Below the pieces are notes generated by a model. That model ran no database searches. It worked only from the letters and a program-made list of their open reading frames with translations, and was not told where the DNA came from. A stretch of DNA of 64,000 nucleotides, taken from contig NW_024704752.1 of assembly GCF_018977255.1 (NCBI RefSeq), positions 11,780,001-11,844,000 on the forward strand. The letters run 5' to 3'. The translations under genes and the position numbers were made by a program. This DNA comes from Callorhinchus milii (Eukaryota). Position 1 is the stretch's first letter. Each line of letters begins with the position of its first letter. This document shows, piece after piece, positions 63,398-64,000 of the stretch.

Positions 63398-64000
63398 GTC
63401 CTTCAGAATCAATCATATTAATTCATCATTAGATTTGCTGAATTTAAAATAAATGCATTAGAATCAGACTGTCAAGTCCGTCAGCATTGATGGTCCCATT
63501 GTACCACATTGTATCATAAGCTATTATTTTTAAACCATGTGATTATCTTTATCACCAGTCAAATCATGCTTCTACCATTTTATAAACACATTGTTTTCTT
63601 TTTCCTGGTTGATAATCCTTGCAGTTATCACGTTGTTAAATCATCTCAAAGTGCTTCACAGGATTTAACGTAAAGTATTGAATGTACATTTGTAGGCATA
63701 AGTTATTCAGCTAATTCTGTCCTCCTTTGAATTGTCAATGCTGCCCTTGCATCTCCCCAACAAGTAGACATTCCACACATAGCTGCACACAAACCCTGGA
63801 AGAGTATCCTCCACATCAATAGTGACATTAAATTCTTGACATACTCATTGTATGCTTCCCAGAGCTGATACCGATTAGTTAACTCAGTTCTGTGTTCATT
63901 ATCTTGTCAGCTTGATATGCGATTGAATATTAAGTGCTGCTGTACCAGTGAGATAACCTTCAATGCTAACTGCTGGATTAGCCTTGAACTGTGGTCTTCA

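Noticed and set aside
1-64000. CRISPR array, prokaryotic operon or intact transposase/RT gene
   Set aside because: There are no regularly spaced repeats with spacers and no long ORFs; the recurring motifs are dispersed SINE and LINE copies.

Overview
AT-rich, CpG-depleted vertebrate DNA dense in repeats. The repeat content (tRNA/Deu-domain SINEs with L2-type tails, L2 and CR1 LINE fragments, LF-SINE-like relics) points to a cartilaginous fish, probably a chimaera/elephant shark; this species call is an inference. No complete protein-coding gene is present. Almost all ORFs in the track are spurious; the exceptions are LINE remnants and one captured gene fragment. Main observations: (1) a ~95-bp piece of TXNL1 (PITH domain) coding sequence inserted into the middle of a Deu-SINE at ~30.13-30.23 kb, with no poly(A) or TSD; (2) a set of short minus-strand candidate exons (56.9k, 56.5k, 50.0k/49.5k, 35.6k, 30.6k, 27.5k, 27.3k, 26.9k, 4.2k) that look like the alternatively spliced 3' end of an unidentified gene whose body lies to the right of the window, including one chain ending in a PDZ-ligand-like ...GTTV* followed by a poly(A) signal; (3) SINE/LINE partner evidence, with a covarying 3' stem-loop; (4) several templated rearrangements at SINEs; (5) a strong CTCF motif. 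I found no evidence of a CRISPR array, rRNA or functional tRNA. All comparisons to known families and proteins are from memory and by eye, not from database searches.
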